From positions 19,204 to 83,203 of IMG/VR virus record IMGVR_UViG_3300005689_000302: DNA of 64,000 bases; one strand, written 5' to 3'. The position numbers and the translations under genes are program-made. Of the stretch, positions 29,799-39,426 are shown piece by piece (the stretch's first letter is position 1; the number at the start of each line of letters is the position of its first letter). The notes under the pieces are model-generated. The model was not told the origin of the DNA. It was given only the letters and a program-made list of their open reading frames with translations, and did no database searches. The DNA comes from a virus (Duplodnaviria; Caudoviricetes).

Positions 29799-30566
29799 AT
29801 GGCAGAACTACTCCTAAAAACCGACCCAGGCAGCGGCTACGAAGCCGGCGACATTCTCTGTGCGTTCAACGCGCGGCGGATTCGCTGTTGTCATGCCGAG
29901 CAAATCTGCCATTACCGCAAGGCGAACCGCAACGGCAGCGGCTTGATCGTAGCCTCGGAAGTTGCCCGCGATTGGTACGAAGCGACTCATCAATATCGCT
30001 TTGAGCGGGTGTCGGCGACGGAGATTGAGCGAGTCACGATTGCCACTGGCGACCGTGAGCGATTGAGCGACAAGCCCAACGAGAAGGGTGAAGCAATCGA
30101 CGTTCGGCTTTATATCGCTCGCCGAAAGCGACAAACGTTCTGCCCGCTGTTCGGTGAAGACGGACAAGAGTTCTGGTACGGCGGTCGGATCGACACCAGC
30201 AATACTAAGCTCACGCTCGTTTGGAACGCGATCCAAACCAAGACGCCGCTTCGAGAAACCAACTTCCAACGCTGGCCGATGGGCACGCAAGAGCTTCGCT
30301 CGCATCTGGCAATTCGCGTCAATGAGTTCGACGACGCGGAAGCGGAAACGCTCGTTTCGTCTGAGGTTGATGATAGCAACCCCGATGAGCCAGTCGTCGT
30401 TCAAAAACGCCGTCATCGCATTGACTGGGAAACACGGCTCTCGCTCACCGCTGCACAACGCCAGCAAGTGAGAGACAAGAGCCAATCGTTCGATTTACGC
30501 GAAGTTCGGCAATATACCCGCACTTCGATTGTCACCGTCAAAGCATCAAGGATTCAAAGGGGCTAG
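29799..30566 (+). CDS. Hypothetical tail-region protein
   Basis: ATG 29799 just after the upstream stop. Lower-GC segment. Confidence 0.6.
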   Translation: MAELLLKTDPGSGYEAGDILCAFNARRIRCCHAEQICHYRKANRNGSGLIVASEVARDWYEATHQYRFERVSATEIERVTIATGDRERLSDKPNEKGEAIDVRLYIARRKRQTFCPLFGEDGQEFWYGGRIDTSNTKLTLVWNAIQTKTPLRETNFQRWPMGTQELRSHLAIRVNEFDDAEAETLVSSEVDDSNPDEPVVVQKRRHRIDWETRLSLTAAQRQQVRDKSQSFDLREVRQYTRTSIVTVKASRIQRG

Positions 30567-30568
30567 TT

Positions 30569-30979
30569 ATGCTAATTTGGGTTTGGACTCGGAATGACCA
30601 ATCGGGAATTCTCGATGGAGAGTTTCGCGATGGCGACATTGACCACGCGAAGCCCGATAGCTTCGAGCCGTCAATTGGCTCGCAAGAAAAACTGTCCTGG
30701 CTCATCGTCAAAGTCCCCGATCCGCCGAACATGATGGCGTTCATCAACGCTCTGGAAATTCCCGAATACGCTCCAGGCCCCGAATTGGATGACGGCCCGC
30801 CCGTTCGTCGCCGTCGCGTCTATCGCCTCCCGTGGCGCAACAAGCTGAGCGCCGCCGAAGTCGCGATCAAAGAAGCGGCGACAAGCAATCTGCCGGAAGG
30901 CGCTACCAGCGGCGGCGGAACCGTCGTCAACGGCGTCGTTTCTGGGTTGTTCAGCGTTTCCGATTTCGTTCGCAAATGA
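30569..30979 (+). CDS. Hypothetical tail-region protein
   Basis: Tightly packed ORF in the lower-GC segment. Confidence 0.55.
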   Translation: MLIWVWTRNDQSGILDGEFRDGDIDHAKPDSFEPSIGSQEKLSWLIVKVPDPPNMMAFINALEIPEYAPGPELDDGPPVRRRRVYRLPWRNKLSAAEVAIKEAATSNLPEGATSGGGTVVNGVVSGLFSVSDFVRK

Positions 30980-30982
30980 CAC

Positions 30983-32161
30983 GTGCCTTTTTTCAAGTTC
31001 ACAGTCACCGACACGTTAGAGCGCATCCTTCAAGGCGTCGAAGAGTTGCTTCGCGTTGCAGGTCGCTTGCCGGGACAACCAGCTAATTTACCTGCCGTGC
31101 CTACGATCACCAAAAGCATCGGGACCAGCAGCCGCGACTATTCGACGATCACCGCTTGGGAGGCTGATCTGGATAATGGCGCTGTGTACGCCTCTGGCGA
31201 CACCGCCCTGGGCGAGTGCTACGACGATTCAGCGTTCGATGAAACGCTGGCGATCAACGGCGGCGGGACGGTGGGGTTAGCGGATCGCATTTTGAGCGTT
31301 GCGTCTGGCGAGCGACATACGGGCGTTGCCGGAACGGGCGCGAGAATCGTGCGAACTGGTAACGGCGGCATCAACATCGCCAGCGGTGCGCCTTCTACGA
31401 TTCGCTGGCTTGAGTTCGATATGAACGGAAACTCTAATTCCAGCGGGCAGGGAGTCGCCGATCAGAATGCCAGCGGCAGCAACTTTGAGCATTTGCTGAT
31501 TCACGACGTGCTCGGCAATCCGGCCTCCATGGTCGGTATTCGCCTGAACAGCGCTGGCAGCGCCGTTCGCTGTATTTTGTATGACATCTCCAACAATGGT
31601 TCGTCGTCGTTTCGCCTTATCTACGGGATCATCAACAATTCCAATGTTGACGCCAACGCTTTGAACTGCACCGTTCACTCTGTGACCGCGCCGAGTGTTG
31701 GCGGATCAAGCGAGCTAACCGGCGTTCAATTTCGCAGCACGTCAGGGCAAAACACACAAAACAACATCATCACCGACTGCACCGGTAGCGCTGGCGCATC
31801 GCCGAGATGCCTCAATGGTGGCGCAACGACAGACCACAATCTCACCTCCGACGCCACGGCAACCGGAACCGGCTCGCTCACTAACAAAACCGCCGCCAAT
31901 CAATTCGTTTCCACCGTCGGCGGCAGCGAAGATTTGCACCTGAAAACCGGGGCCGACGCCATCAACGCCGGCACCGATCTAGGCACGTCGCCGACGAACG
32001 TGAATATCGACATCGACGGGCGCGACGTGGACGCCGAAGGCGATACTTGGGACATGGGGGCGGATGAGTTTGTCTCCGTTGGCGGCGCTGGCGCTGGGAT
32101 GATCTTTGGCGGCTTGGCGTTTGGCGCTGGCCGAATTCTTGGAGGGCTTGTCCTCGCATGA
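30983..32161 (+). CDS. Right-handed beta-helix (pectin-lyase-like) tail spike/fibre
   Basis: Repeating N/G/I beta-helix rungs and C-terminal DLHLKTGADAINAG...DIDG...WDMGADE. Confidence 0.65.
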   Translation: MPFFKFTVTDTLERILQGVEELLRVAGRLPGQPANLPAVPTITKSIGTSSRDYSTITAWEADLDNGAVYASGDTALGECYDDSAFDETLAINGGGTVGLADRILSVASGERHTGVAGTGARIVRTGNGGINIASGAPSTIRWLEFDMNGNSNSSGQGVADQNASGSNFEHLLIHDVLGNPASMVGIRLNSAGSAVRCILYDISNNGSSSFRLIYGIINNSNVDANALNCTVHSVTAPSVGGSSELTGVQFRSTSGQNTQNNIITDCTGSAGASPRCLNGGATTDHNLTSDATATGTGSLTNKTAANQFVSTVGGSEDLHLKTGADAINAGTDLGTSPTNVNIDIDGRDVDAEGDTWDMGADEFVSVGGAGAGMIFGGLAFGAGRILGGLVLA

Positions 32162-34131
32162 TCGACTTAGGGCATATCCGACCGGGGCGCACGATTCGCA
32201 TCCCGTTCAACACCTTCGACAAAGACGACGGTTCGTCAATCACAATGACGAACTACGCGGTGACCGACATCCTGATCTACAAGGATGGCTCGACGACCGA
32301 GCGCGCTTCGACGAGCGGCTTTACGGCCACAACCGACTTCGACACAAAAACCGGCAAGCATTTGGCGGTCATTGACTTGGCGGACAATACGACCGCCGGC
32401 TTTTTCGCTTGCGGCTCGGAATATCTCGTCGCCATCGACGCGATCACCGCCGACGGCGTGACTTCGGGCGGCTGGATCGCTCGCTTCCGCATTGGCTATC
32501 CCGATGCGGTTCTCAATACAACCATTGCTTCGCTCTCGTCGCAAACCTCATTCACGCTCACCGAGGGACCGGCCGAAGACGATGCGCTCAACGATATGTG
32601 GGTCGTGATTCACGACGTAGCAAGCGCCGTTCAGTGGGGGCGGGCGATTATCGCGGACTACACCGGATCGACGAAAACGGTCACGCTGGCGGCCGGAACG
32701 ACGTTCACCGCGGCGGCCACAGACAACATTTCTGTTATGGGTCCGGCGCCGCTGCGGCCAACCGTCGCCGGCCGCACGCTCGATGTTTCCACTGGCGGCG
32801 AAGCGGGTATCGATTGGGCAAATGTCGGTTCACCGACAACAGCAGTCAACCTTTCGGCGACGACGTTCAATCTGGTCAACACGGCGACGACGCTTACCAA
32901 CTTGCCAGCGATCACGAGCAACTGGCTCACCGCAACCGGCCTGGACACGACCGCCGTTGAAGAGCTTCGCAACGCGATCACTGGCGGCGCGTACGCGCTT
33001 GATACTGACGCGAACGGCCGCCCCCGATTCGCTGACGGAACGGGCGCTGGCGAGTTAGATACCTCGAGCGGTCACGTCACGCTCGCGGATGCGTCACTCA
33101 CAACGGCGAAGCTCGGGGCGTTTGAACTGGCGAAGACCACCAACATTACCGGCTTCAACGATCTATCGGCGGCGCAGGTCAATACCGAAGTCGATACGGC
33201 GCTCGCCGACATTCATTTGGATCACTTGCTGGCGGCCGATTACGATCCCGCCAGCAAGCCGGGCGTGGCGACGGCGCTTCTCAATGAGCTAATTGAAAGC
33301 GACGCTGGCGTCTCGCGATTCACCGCCAACGCGCTCGAACAAGCGCCATCCGGCGGGGGTGGCGGCGGCGACGCGACCGAAGCGAATCAAACGACGATCA
33401 TCGGACACCTGACGGACATTAAAGGGGCGACGTGGGCGAGCACCGACTCGCTGGAAGCGATCCGCGATCGCGGCGATGCGGCCTGGACGACGGCGACCGG
33501 TTTTTCGACGCACTCGGCCGCCGATGTGTGGAGCGCCGGCACGCGCACGCTCACCGCGCTCGGCTTCACGCTCGCCGCTTCCGACCTGGCCAGCGGGATC
33601 ATCACCAGCGCCAAGTTCGCCGCTGGGGCGATCGACGCCGCGGCCACCAGCGCCGACTTCATCACGGAAATCCGCAACGCGATTACCGGCGGGGCGTACG
33701 CGCTTGATACCGACGCGAACGGTCGCATTCGTAATGTCGTCGGCACGGCCGCCGGCGAATTGAACCTGGCCAGCGGCAATGTCGAACTGGCCGACGGCTC
33801 GCTCGTCACCGCCAAGCTCGGAACATTCGTCCTCGCGAAAACCACCAACATCACCGGCTTCAACGATCTGTCGGCCTCGGCGGTCAACGCCGAAGTCGTC
33901 GATGCGATCGCCACCGATACCTACGGCGAACCGTCGCAAGGCGCGCCCGGCGTCACGCTCTCGCTGGCCGACAAGATTGGCTACCTCTTCACCGGCTTCC
34001 GCAATCGCAAGACGCAAACGTCGACCGAACAAACGACGTACGCCGACGACGGCACGACGGCCCTCTTCAAAGCGAACGTTTCCGACGACGGCACAACGTG
34101 CGAAGTCGGCGAATTGGTCACCGGCGCCTAG
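32158..34131 (+). CDS. Tail fibre-like protein with an internal duplication
   Basis: T/A/G-rich. ~225-bp duplication (32968-33192 and 33673-33897). Confidence 0.6.
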   Translation: MIDLGHIRPGRTIRIPFNTFDKDDGSSITMTNYAVTDILIYKDGSTTERASTSGFTATTDFDTKTGKHLAVIDLADNTTAGFFACGSEYLVAIDAITADGVTSGGWIARFRIGYPDAVLNTTIASLSSQTSFTLTEGPAEDDALNDMWVVIHDVASAVQWGRAIIADYTGSTKTVTLAAGTTFTAAATDNISVMGPAPLRPTVAGRTLDVSTGGEAGIDWANVGSPTTAVNLSATTFNLVNTATTLTNLPAITSNWLTATGLDTTAVEELRNAITGGAYALDTDANGRPRFADGTGAGELDTSSGHVTLADASLTTAKLGAFELAKTTNITGFNDLSAAQVNTEVDTALADIHLDHLLAADYDPASKPGVATALLNELIESDAGVSRFTANALEQAPSGGGGGGDATEANQTTIIGHLTDIKGATWASTDSLEAIRDRGDAAWTTATGFSTHSAADVWSAGTRTLTALGFTLAASDLASGIITSAKFAAGAIDAAATSADFITEIRNAITGGAYALDTDANGRIRNVVGTAAGELNLASGNVELADGSLVTAKLGTFVLAKTTNITGFNDLSASAVNAEVVDAIATDTYGEPSQGAPGVTLSLADKIGYLFTGFRNRKTQTSTEQTTYADDGTTALFKANVSDDGTTCEVGELVTGA

Positions 34132-34181
34132 CGCTCTCTCTTTTCTGACACTCCGACCTCTGACCTCCGACCTCTCTTCTT

Positions 34182-34532
34182 ATGAACGCCCTGCTCGAAG
34201 AACTGAAACAACACGAAGGCGCGATGAAGGCCCTCGAAGAACAAGCCAACGAGCACGAAGCGGCGGCTCGCAAATGCCGCGCGAAGCGGATGGAAGCCAA
34301 GCAGCGGATCGCCGAGCTCAACGCGCAGATTAACGACGCCAAAGTCGTTCACGCCGTGCAAGGCTCGCTCGCCGCCGCGGAAGCCGCCCGCCAAGACGCC
34401 GAGAAGGCGAAAGCCGAAAGCGCGACGGTGCTCGAATCGCTGAAGGCGAAGGAAAGCAAGCTCGACGAGCTGCTCGCCAAGCTGGAAGCCGCGCCGCCGG
34501 CGGAAAAGTCGCCTGAAGCTCCCGCCGCCTAA
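34182..34532 (+). CDS. Coiled-coil hypothetical protein
   Basis: A/E/K heptad-rich. Confidence 0.6.
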   Translation: MNALLEELKQHEGAMKALEEQANEHEAAARKCRAKRMEAKQRIAELNAQINDAKVVHAVQGSLAAAEAARQDAEKAKAESATVLESLKAKESKLDELLAKLEAAPPAEKSPEAPAA

Positions 34533-34540
34533 AGTAAGCC

Positions 34541-34798
34541 GTGGCTCTCGACACTCGCGACAAGCGCGACTCGGCAATCCATATCGGCTTGCCGTGGCGC
34601 GCCCGTTTTCCCGTTCCCGACGGCTCGATCAACGCTGGCGATCGGCTGCACTTTGCGCGGCTGTACCGGGGGATCGCTGCGGCGACGCCCACCGTTGCCG
34701 AGGCGCTGACTTTCCCGCTGCTGCACGGCGCCGACAACCGCTTTCCTGATTTGCACGGCGCCGACAACCGCTTCCCGCTGCTCTACGGATTTGATTAA
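34541..34798 (+). CDS. Small hypothetical protein
   Basis: MALDTRDKRDSA start and LHGADNRFP repeated twice. Confidence 0.55.
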   Translation: MALDTRDKRDSAIHIGLPWRARFPVPDGSINAGDRLHFARLYRGIAAATPTVAEALTFPLLHGADNRFPDLHGADNRFPLLYGFD

Positions 34799-34801
34799 GC
34801 G

Positions 34802-35158
34802 ATGTCGGCCAATCAAGAACAGACCGAAAACTTCACGCGCGGCGACCGCCGAACGCCGATCGGCCGCACACTGGCCCAAGGCGGCGCGGCGATCGACGGT
34901 ACCGGGCTGACGCTGGAAGCGCGGCTGGTGGCCGAAGACGGCGAAGAGATTCACGACTGGACGAGCACCGGCGTCTCGTGGAATCCGGCCAGTGAAGGCA
35001 AGGCGCAGTACGAATTCCAGTCGTCGGTCTGGTCGTCGATCGCCACTCACGGCGGTTACGAATACTTCCTCTGGTTTCGCGTCACGGCCTCGGGCAAGAC
35101 CGACGTTTTCCCCTGCGACGGCCGCAAGCTGCGGATCCTCGTCAACGAAGCGGACTAG
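34802..35158 (+). CDS. BppU-N-like Ig-fold tail protein
   Basis: FTRGD..TP..TL..G..ID.TG...GKAQY.F...G.YE..WFRVT..GKT..FP pattern. Confidence 0.55.
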   Translation: MSANQEQTENFTRGDRRTPIGRTLAQGGAAIDGTGLTLEARLVAEDGEEIHDWTSTGVSWNPASEGKAQYEFQSSVWSSIATHGGYEYFLWFRVTASGKTDVFPCDGRKLRILVNEAD

Positions 35159-35208
35159 CGCCGTGCGGCCTCTGACGTTCTGACCTCTGCCCTCCGACTT
35201 CTTCTCTC

Positions 35209-36894
35209 ATGCCCGCCTCTTACGCTGGCGTCGATCTGCTGCTTGGCGATCCCGGCGGTCAACTGCAAGACTGGCTCGACCGCAATCTGCCGATCGGCGA
35301 CGCATCGCTGTTCTGCGCCGATCCGCTCGGCTCGCTCGTTCGCTGGAACGGGCGCCGTTCTCAAGGGCCCAATGGCGGGATTGAGACGCCGAAGTGGCCG
35401 GCCTGCCCGCGGTGGGCGCTCAACTCGCTCTGGTGGCCGACCGGCGCTAGTCGCTTCGCGATCGGGCTCTTTCTCACCGATACAACGGGCCTGGCGAAGA
35501 TTCTCGGAAAGCTCGAAAGTTCGGGCGGCTCGGCCAAGCTCAAGCTCTCTGACGGTCGGGTGAACCTCGAGACGAGCATGTATTTGTTGCCGCCGCGGCC
35601 GCTGTCGGCGCAAGAGTTTGGCAACTCGTTCTTCCTCCTGCCGCTGGTCGATGAGCGCTACCTGTGGCGCTGGAAGCAAACCGATACGTCGTTCGTCTTC
35701 GACGAGTCGGCGACCTGGTCGGATGTTATCTCGGCGATCGGGATGGAAATCGGCACGGTGTCGTTCGAAGCGATCCATGCCTCCTACGTCCGGCCCGATC
35801 CGCATGAGCTCTCCCGCCGCGCCGAGAACGCGGCGGTGCTGCTCGACGCCGTCGCCGAATCGATCGGCCAGCGGTTCGTGCGACAACTCGACGGTACGCT
35901 CGAGTGCCGGACATGGGATGTCTTCACGACGACGCTCAACCGCAACGAGCGCGGCAAGAAGCTCCTGCCGCTGGCGGGCCACGCCTTGGAAAAGGGCGTT
36001 CCGGGGATCCGGCCGGCGGAAGTGCTTGTCGTCTTTCGCAAAGCGAAGGGGAGCGTTCCATACGCCGACGGCGACGTTCACGTCGTCACCGAAAGCGGCG
36101 CGCAGTACGTTTCCGGCTCGACGGTCGTCGGCGGCAAGGTTTTTTACACAACGGCGCTGGCCGATTTTTCCAGCGAAGGCGGATCGCCCGACAACGCGGC
36201 GGCCGTCAATGCGCTCGCCTCCAAGATTGCCGCCGATTATTACGCCAGCCTCGAGCGGCCCTACGATCGTTCGTACGGCGGCCTGGCGGAATGGACGCTG
36301 ACCGGCTTCGACGATTTCATCTGGTGGCGGCTTGGATCCCAAGACGGGCCGAATCCCGGCGAATATGCCGCCTATACTCGCGTCTGCTCGCCGGCCTATG
36401 ACTTCAGCGCTGGCGAATTGCTGCATCAGTTCGACGACATTCAGCCGACGCCGGTTGGGACATTCTTTGTGCGGCTGAACGCCGGCGAAACGCTCGACGC
36501 CGGCGGCACGGCCGAGGGGCAACCGCTCGTCTGGAACGGCTCGGCCTATGCGGTGACGGGCCAAACGGTGACGGTCTATGATCCGCTCGGCAACGCGGCG
36601 GCCGTCGAAGGCGACGATCTGGTCTGTGTGCTCGACTCGAGCAACCGGGTAACGGTGCTGAGTTCCTCGGGCGGGGTGCGATTCTCGCAATACGAGCTGC
36701 AAGAGGATTGGGGCGCGACGACGGCCGATCAAGCGACTTGCGACCGGCTCGACTTGTTTACCGGAACGCTTGCCGAAGAGGACGTGGTCGTCTATTCGCG
36801 GCCGGAAGGGATGTTCGACGCGCTGGAGCAAGGCGATAAGCTGTTAGGGTTCAAACAGGACGGCAAGCATTATGCCGTCGCCGCGCCCTGCTAG
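35209..36894 (+). CDS. Tail tip/hub protein
   Basis: 561-aa ORF in the tail cluster. Confidence 0.5.
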   Translation: MPASYAGVDLLLGDPGGQLQDWLDRNLPIGDASLFCADPLGSLVRWNGRRSQGPNGGIETPKWPACPRWALNSLWWPTGASRFAIGLFLTDTTGLAKILGKLESSGGSAKLKLSDGRVNLETSMYLLPPRPLSAQEFGNSFFLLPLVDERYLWRWKQTDTSFVFDESATWSDVISAIGMEIGTVSFEAIHASYVRPDPHELSRRAENAAVLLDAVAESIGQRFVRQLDGTLECRTWDVFTTTLNRNERGKKLLPLAGHALEKGVPGIRPAEVLVVFRKAKGSVPYADGDVHVVTESGAQYVSGSTVVGGKVFYTTALADFSSEGGSPDNAAAVNALASKIAADYYASLERPYDRSYGGLAEWTLTGFDDFIWWRLGSQDGPNPGEYAAYTRVCSPAYDFSAGELLHQFDDIQPTPVGTFFVRLNAGETLDAGGTAEGQPLVWNGSAYAVTGQTVTVYDPLGNAAAVEGDDLVCVLDSSNRVTVLSSSGGVRFSQYELQEDWGATTADQATCDRLDLFTGTLAEEDVVVYSRPEGMFDALEQGDKLLGFKQDGKHYAVAAPC

Positions 36895-36903
36895 GGGTTC
36901 TCT

Positions 36904-39426
36904 ATGCCGCAAATCAACGTCGATTGCCGGATGGGCGCCGCGTACAACGCCTGCTGCGAGCTGTTCAGCGATTCATTCGACGGCACCAACGCGACGGTCG
37001 GCAACGGCTGGACAGAAGACGACGCGGCGGGCTGGTCGCGCGACGCCGGGGAGCTCGTCGCCGGCACGGGCGCGATCTTCTGCTATCACGCCATCGACGC
37101 CGGCCCGCCCGAGCACTCGATCGAAGCCCGCGTCAAGTTCTCGGCCGTCGGCCAGCGGGCGGCGATCCTGGCCCGCTTCAATCTCAATCTTGGCTGCTAC
37201 CTCTCGCTGGAAGTGGAGCTCGACTCGGCAGACTGCGCGATTCTGCGGCTGAAGAACAATAAAACGTGCGACGGCGGAAGTGACGAAACGCTTGCGCAAG
37301 CGGCCGTTGTTGGCGTGACGCTCGACGAATGGCATACCCTCGAGCTTTGCTACCGGGCCTTTGGCGAGCAAGACGAAGCGCAACTCTATGGGGAGCTGAT
37401 TACGGCCGCCGGCGATCGCGTCAAGCTGGCGGCGACGACGACGCTTCCTGATGCGGACCCCGACGATTACGCCAATGTCGGCGTGCTTGTCGACGGCGCG
37501 CTCGACGCGGCGCAAATTCGCTTTGACGATTATGTCGTCGAAGCGACCGAAAGCGAAACGAGCGAATGCTGCACCTACTGCTACTATGGCCGGCCGTATG
37601 ACTGCCTTTTGTTGGCGGACGGCTTCGACCGCGACGACGCCGACAACCTCGGCTGCTTGTGGGGCGGCTGCGAGAACGGATCGATTGTTAGCAACGAAGC
37701 GCTGTTCGAAACGCCGAATACTTACTGCGCCGCCAACTATTTTTCCTCAATCCCCGCCTGGTCAATCGTCGTACTCGTCAAGGGCGACGACGACGACGAC
37801 GAGCCGCGCGGCCTGGTGGCGATCGTTGACGACGACAACTACCTCTTCGCGCAGCTCACTGTTGACGGCGCTTGCGGAAACCTCAAGCTCTTTCAGCGCT
37901 CCGGCGGAACGAATACGCAACTTGGAAGCTCCATACCGATCGCTACGGCCGTTCCCGACGCCTGGCATATCCTGCGCGTTTGCTGGGATGGGTCGCACCT
38001 GTGGGCGCATGTAACGACGGCCGCCGGGGAGGAAGCCTGGTATCGGCAAGCGGTGCAAATCGACCCTGGCGCAATCACGAGCCTCGGCGGTATCGGCGTC
38101 GGGGTTGTGACGTCGGCAGTTCGTTTCGACGATTTTCAGCTCGAAATGATGAAGGGCGTTTTTGCCCAACTCAAGCACGTCGACGACTGCGAAGACTGCC
38201 GGCCCGATCCGCTCGACTGCGTGATTCATCAAGACGTCTTCACGCGCGACGATAGCGACGACGCCGGCTGTTATTGGGAGGAAGTCAGCGGCGATCACGA
38301 CATTGTCAGCAACGCCTTAGAGACGATGACGGCCGGCGTCGTCATTAGCCGGCTGCCGAACGTCTACGGCAACTCCGACGCATATTTAACGGCGACCGCC
38401 ATCGCGCCAGACGACGCCGATTCCGCCGTTTTCATCGTCGATTATCTGGACGCCGACAATTACCATTTTGTGCGCGTGCGCTGGGGCGTTTCGGGGATCG
38501 GCAACGCCGACGGCGACTTCATGCTCTATAAACGCGAAGGCGGCTCCAATACGGCGCTGCTCGATGATCCGGTGACGGTGGGGAGCCTGGCGGGCGGCGA
38601 TCAGGCCAGCGTGACGATCTGCTTTGGGGATGGGCTGTTTGAGGCGATCGTTCAAGGGGCAAGCGCGAACACCGCCGGCAACGCCAGCGCCGAAACGACG
38701 GCCGTCGGCGGCGACCGCGGCGGCCTCGGCGGCGATCAGGCCGGCGTGCGGTTCACTGGCTTCAGCTTCGAATATCTCTTTGGCGAAGAAGGCACGACGA
38801 ACTGCGAACGCTGCGTGACCAGCGGAACATGCGAAGATTTTTGCGTTGACAGCGAAATGCCGACGCAGCTCAAGGTAGTGCTCGACTTTCCCATTATTGA
38901 TTTTGAGCACTCGATCGCCACTTTTTGTGATGGCGGGCTCGCCGACGAGTGCCCGCTCGACGCCGACGAGATTCCGCGGACTTGGTATTTGGATCGCACA
39001 ACATCCTGCGTATGGTGTAAATCGATCAACTTGGCGGCCCGCGACTGCTCGACGTTTGCCGGCAATCCGCTGAGTACCTTCGTAAATGTCACTGTCTCGG
39101 CGACGATCGACGCCTCGGGCTTGACGGTGACGGTTCGGATTTGCGACTCGCTTTCCGACGAAGGCGATCAATGCGAAACGGAAACGCCCTGCTCGCCGCT
39201 TACCGGTCAATTCGGCTGCATCAACGGCCTCTGGACGTTTTTCCGCCCGTTTGTGCTTGGCGGCGACGACCTGGGAACGATTCCCGCTGAGGGCCCGGAT
39301 AACGGCGGCCTCTGTATGGAGTGGGCCGACCTGGAAGTTCCTCTCTTCGACTTCACGCAAGTATCGGCCAATCAATGCTGCGCGATCGATCCCGAACCGG
39401 AATTCGTGTATGTCTCGGCGGTCTAA
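36904..39426 (+). CDS. Cys-rich tail/receptor-binding protein with repeated lectin-like modules
   Basis: Three repeats of DxF.RDD..WxE..G modules separated by Cys-rich linkers. Confidence 0.55.
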   Translation: MPQINVDCRMGAAYNACCELFSDSFDGTNATVGNGWTEDDAAGWSRDAGELVAGTGAIFCYHAIDAGPPEHSIEARVKFSAVGQRAAILARFNLNLGCYLSLEVELDSADCAILRLKNNKTCDGGSDETLAQAAVVGVTLDEWHTLELCYRAFGEQDEAQLYGELITAAGDRVKLAATTTLPDADPDDYANVGVLVDGALDAAQIRFDDYVVEATESETSECCTYCYYGRPYDCLLLADGFDRDDADNLGCLWGGCENGSIVSNEALFETPNTYCAANYFSSIPAWSIVVLVKGDDDDDEPRGLVAIVDDDNYLFAQLTVDGACGNLKLFQRSGGTNTQLGSSIPIATAVPDAWHILRVCWDGSHLWAHVTTAAGEEAWYRQAVQIDPGAITSLGGIGVGVVTSAVRFDDFQLEMMKGVFAQLKHVDDCEDCRPDPLDCVIHQDVFTRDDSDDAGCYWEEVSGDHDIVSNALETMTAGVVISRLPNVYGNSDAYLTATAIAPDDADSAVFIVDYLDADNYHFVRVRWGVSGIGNADGDFMLYKREGGSNTALLDDPVTVGSLAGGDQASVTICFGDGLFEAIVQGASANTAGNASAETTAVGGDRGGLGGDQAGVRFTGFSFEYLFGEEGTTNCERCVTSGTCEDFCVDSEMPTQLKVVLDFPIIDFEHSIATFCDGGLADECPLDADEIPRTWYLDRTTSCVWCKSINLAARDCSTFAGNPLSTFVNVTVSATIDASGLTVTVRICDSLSDEGDQCETETPCSPLTGQFGCINGLWTFFRPFVLGGDDLGTIPAEGPDNGGLCMEWADLEVPLFDFTQVSANQCCAIDPEPEFVYVSAV

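Noticed and set aside
29799-39426. Diversity-generating retroelement acting on tail genes
   Set aside because: No reverse transcriptase and no adenine-specific TR/VR pair. The duplication seen differs mostly at synonymous sites.
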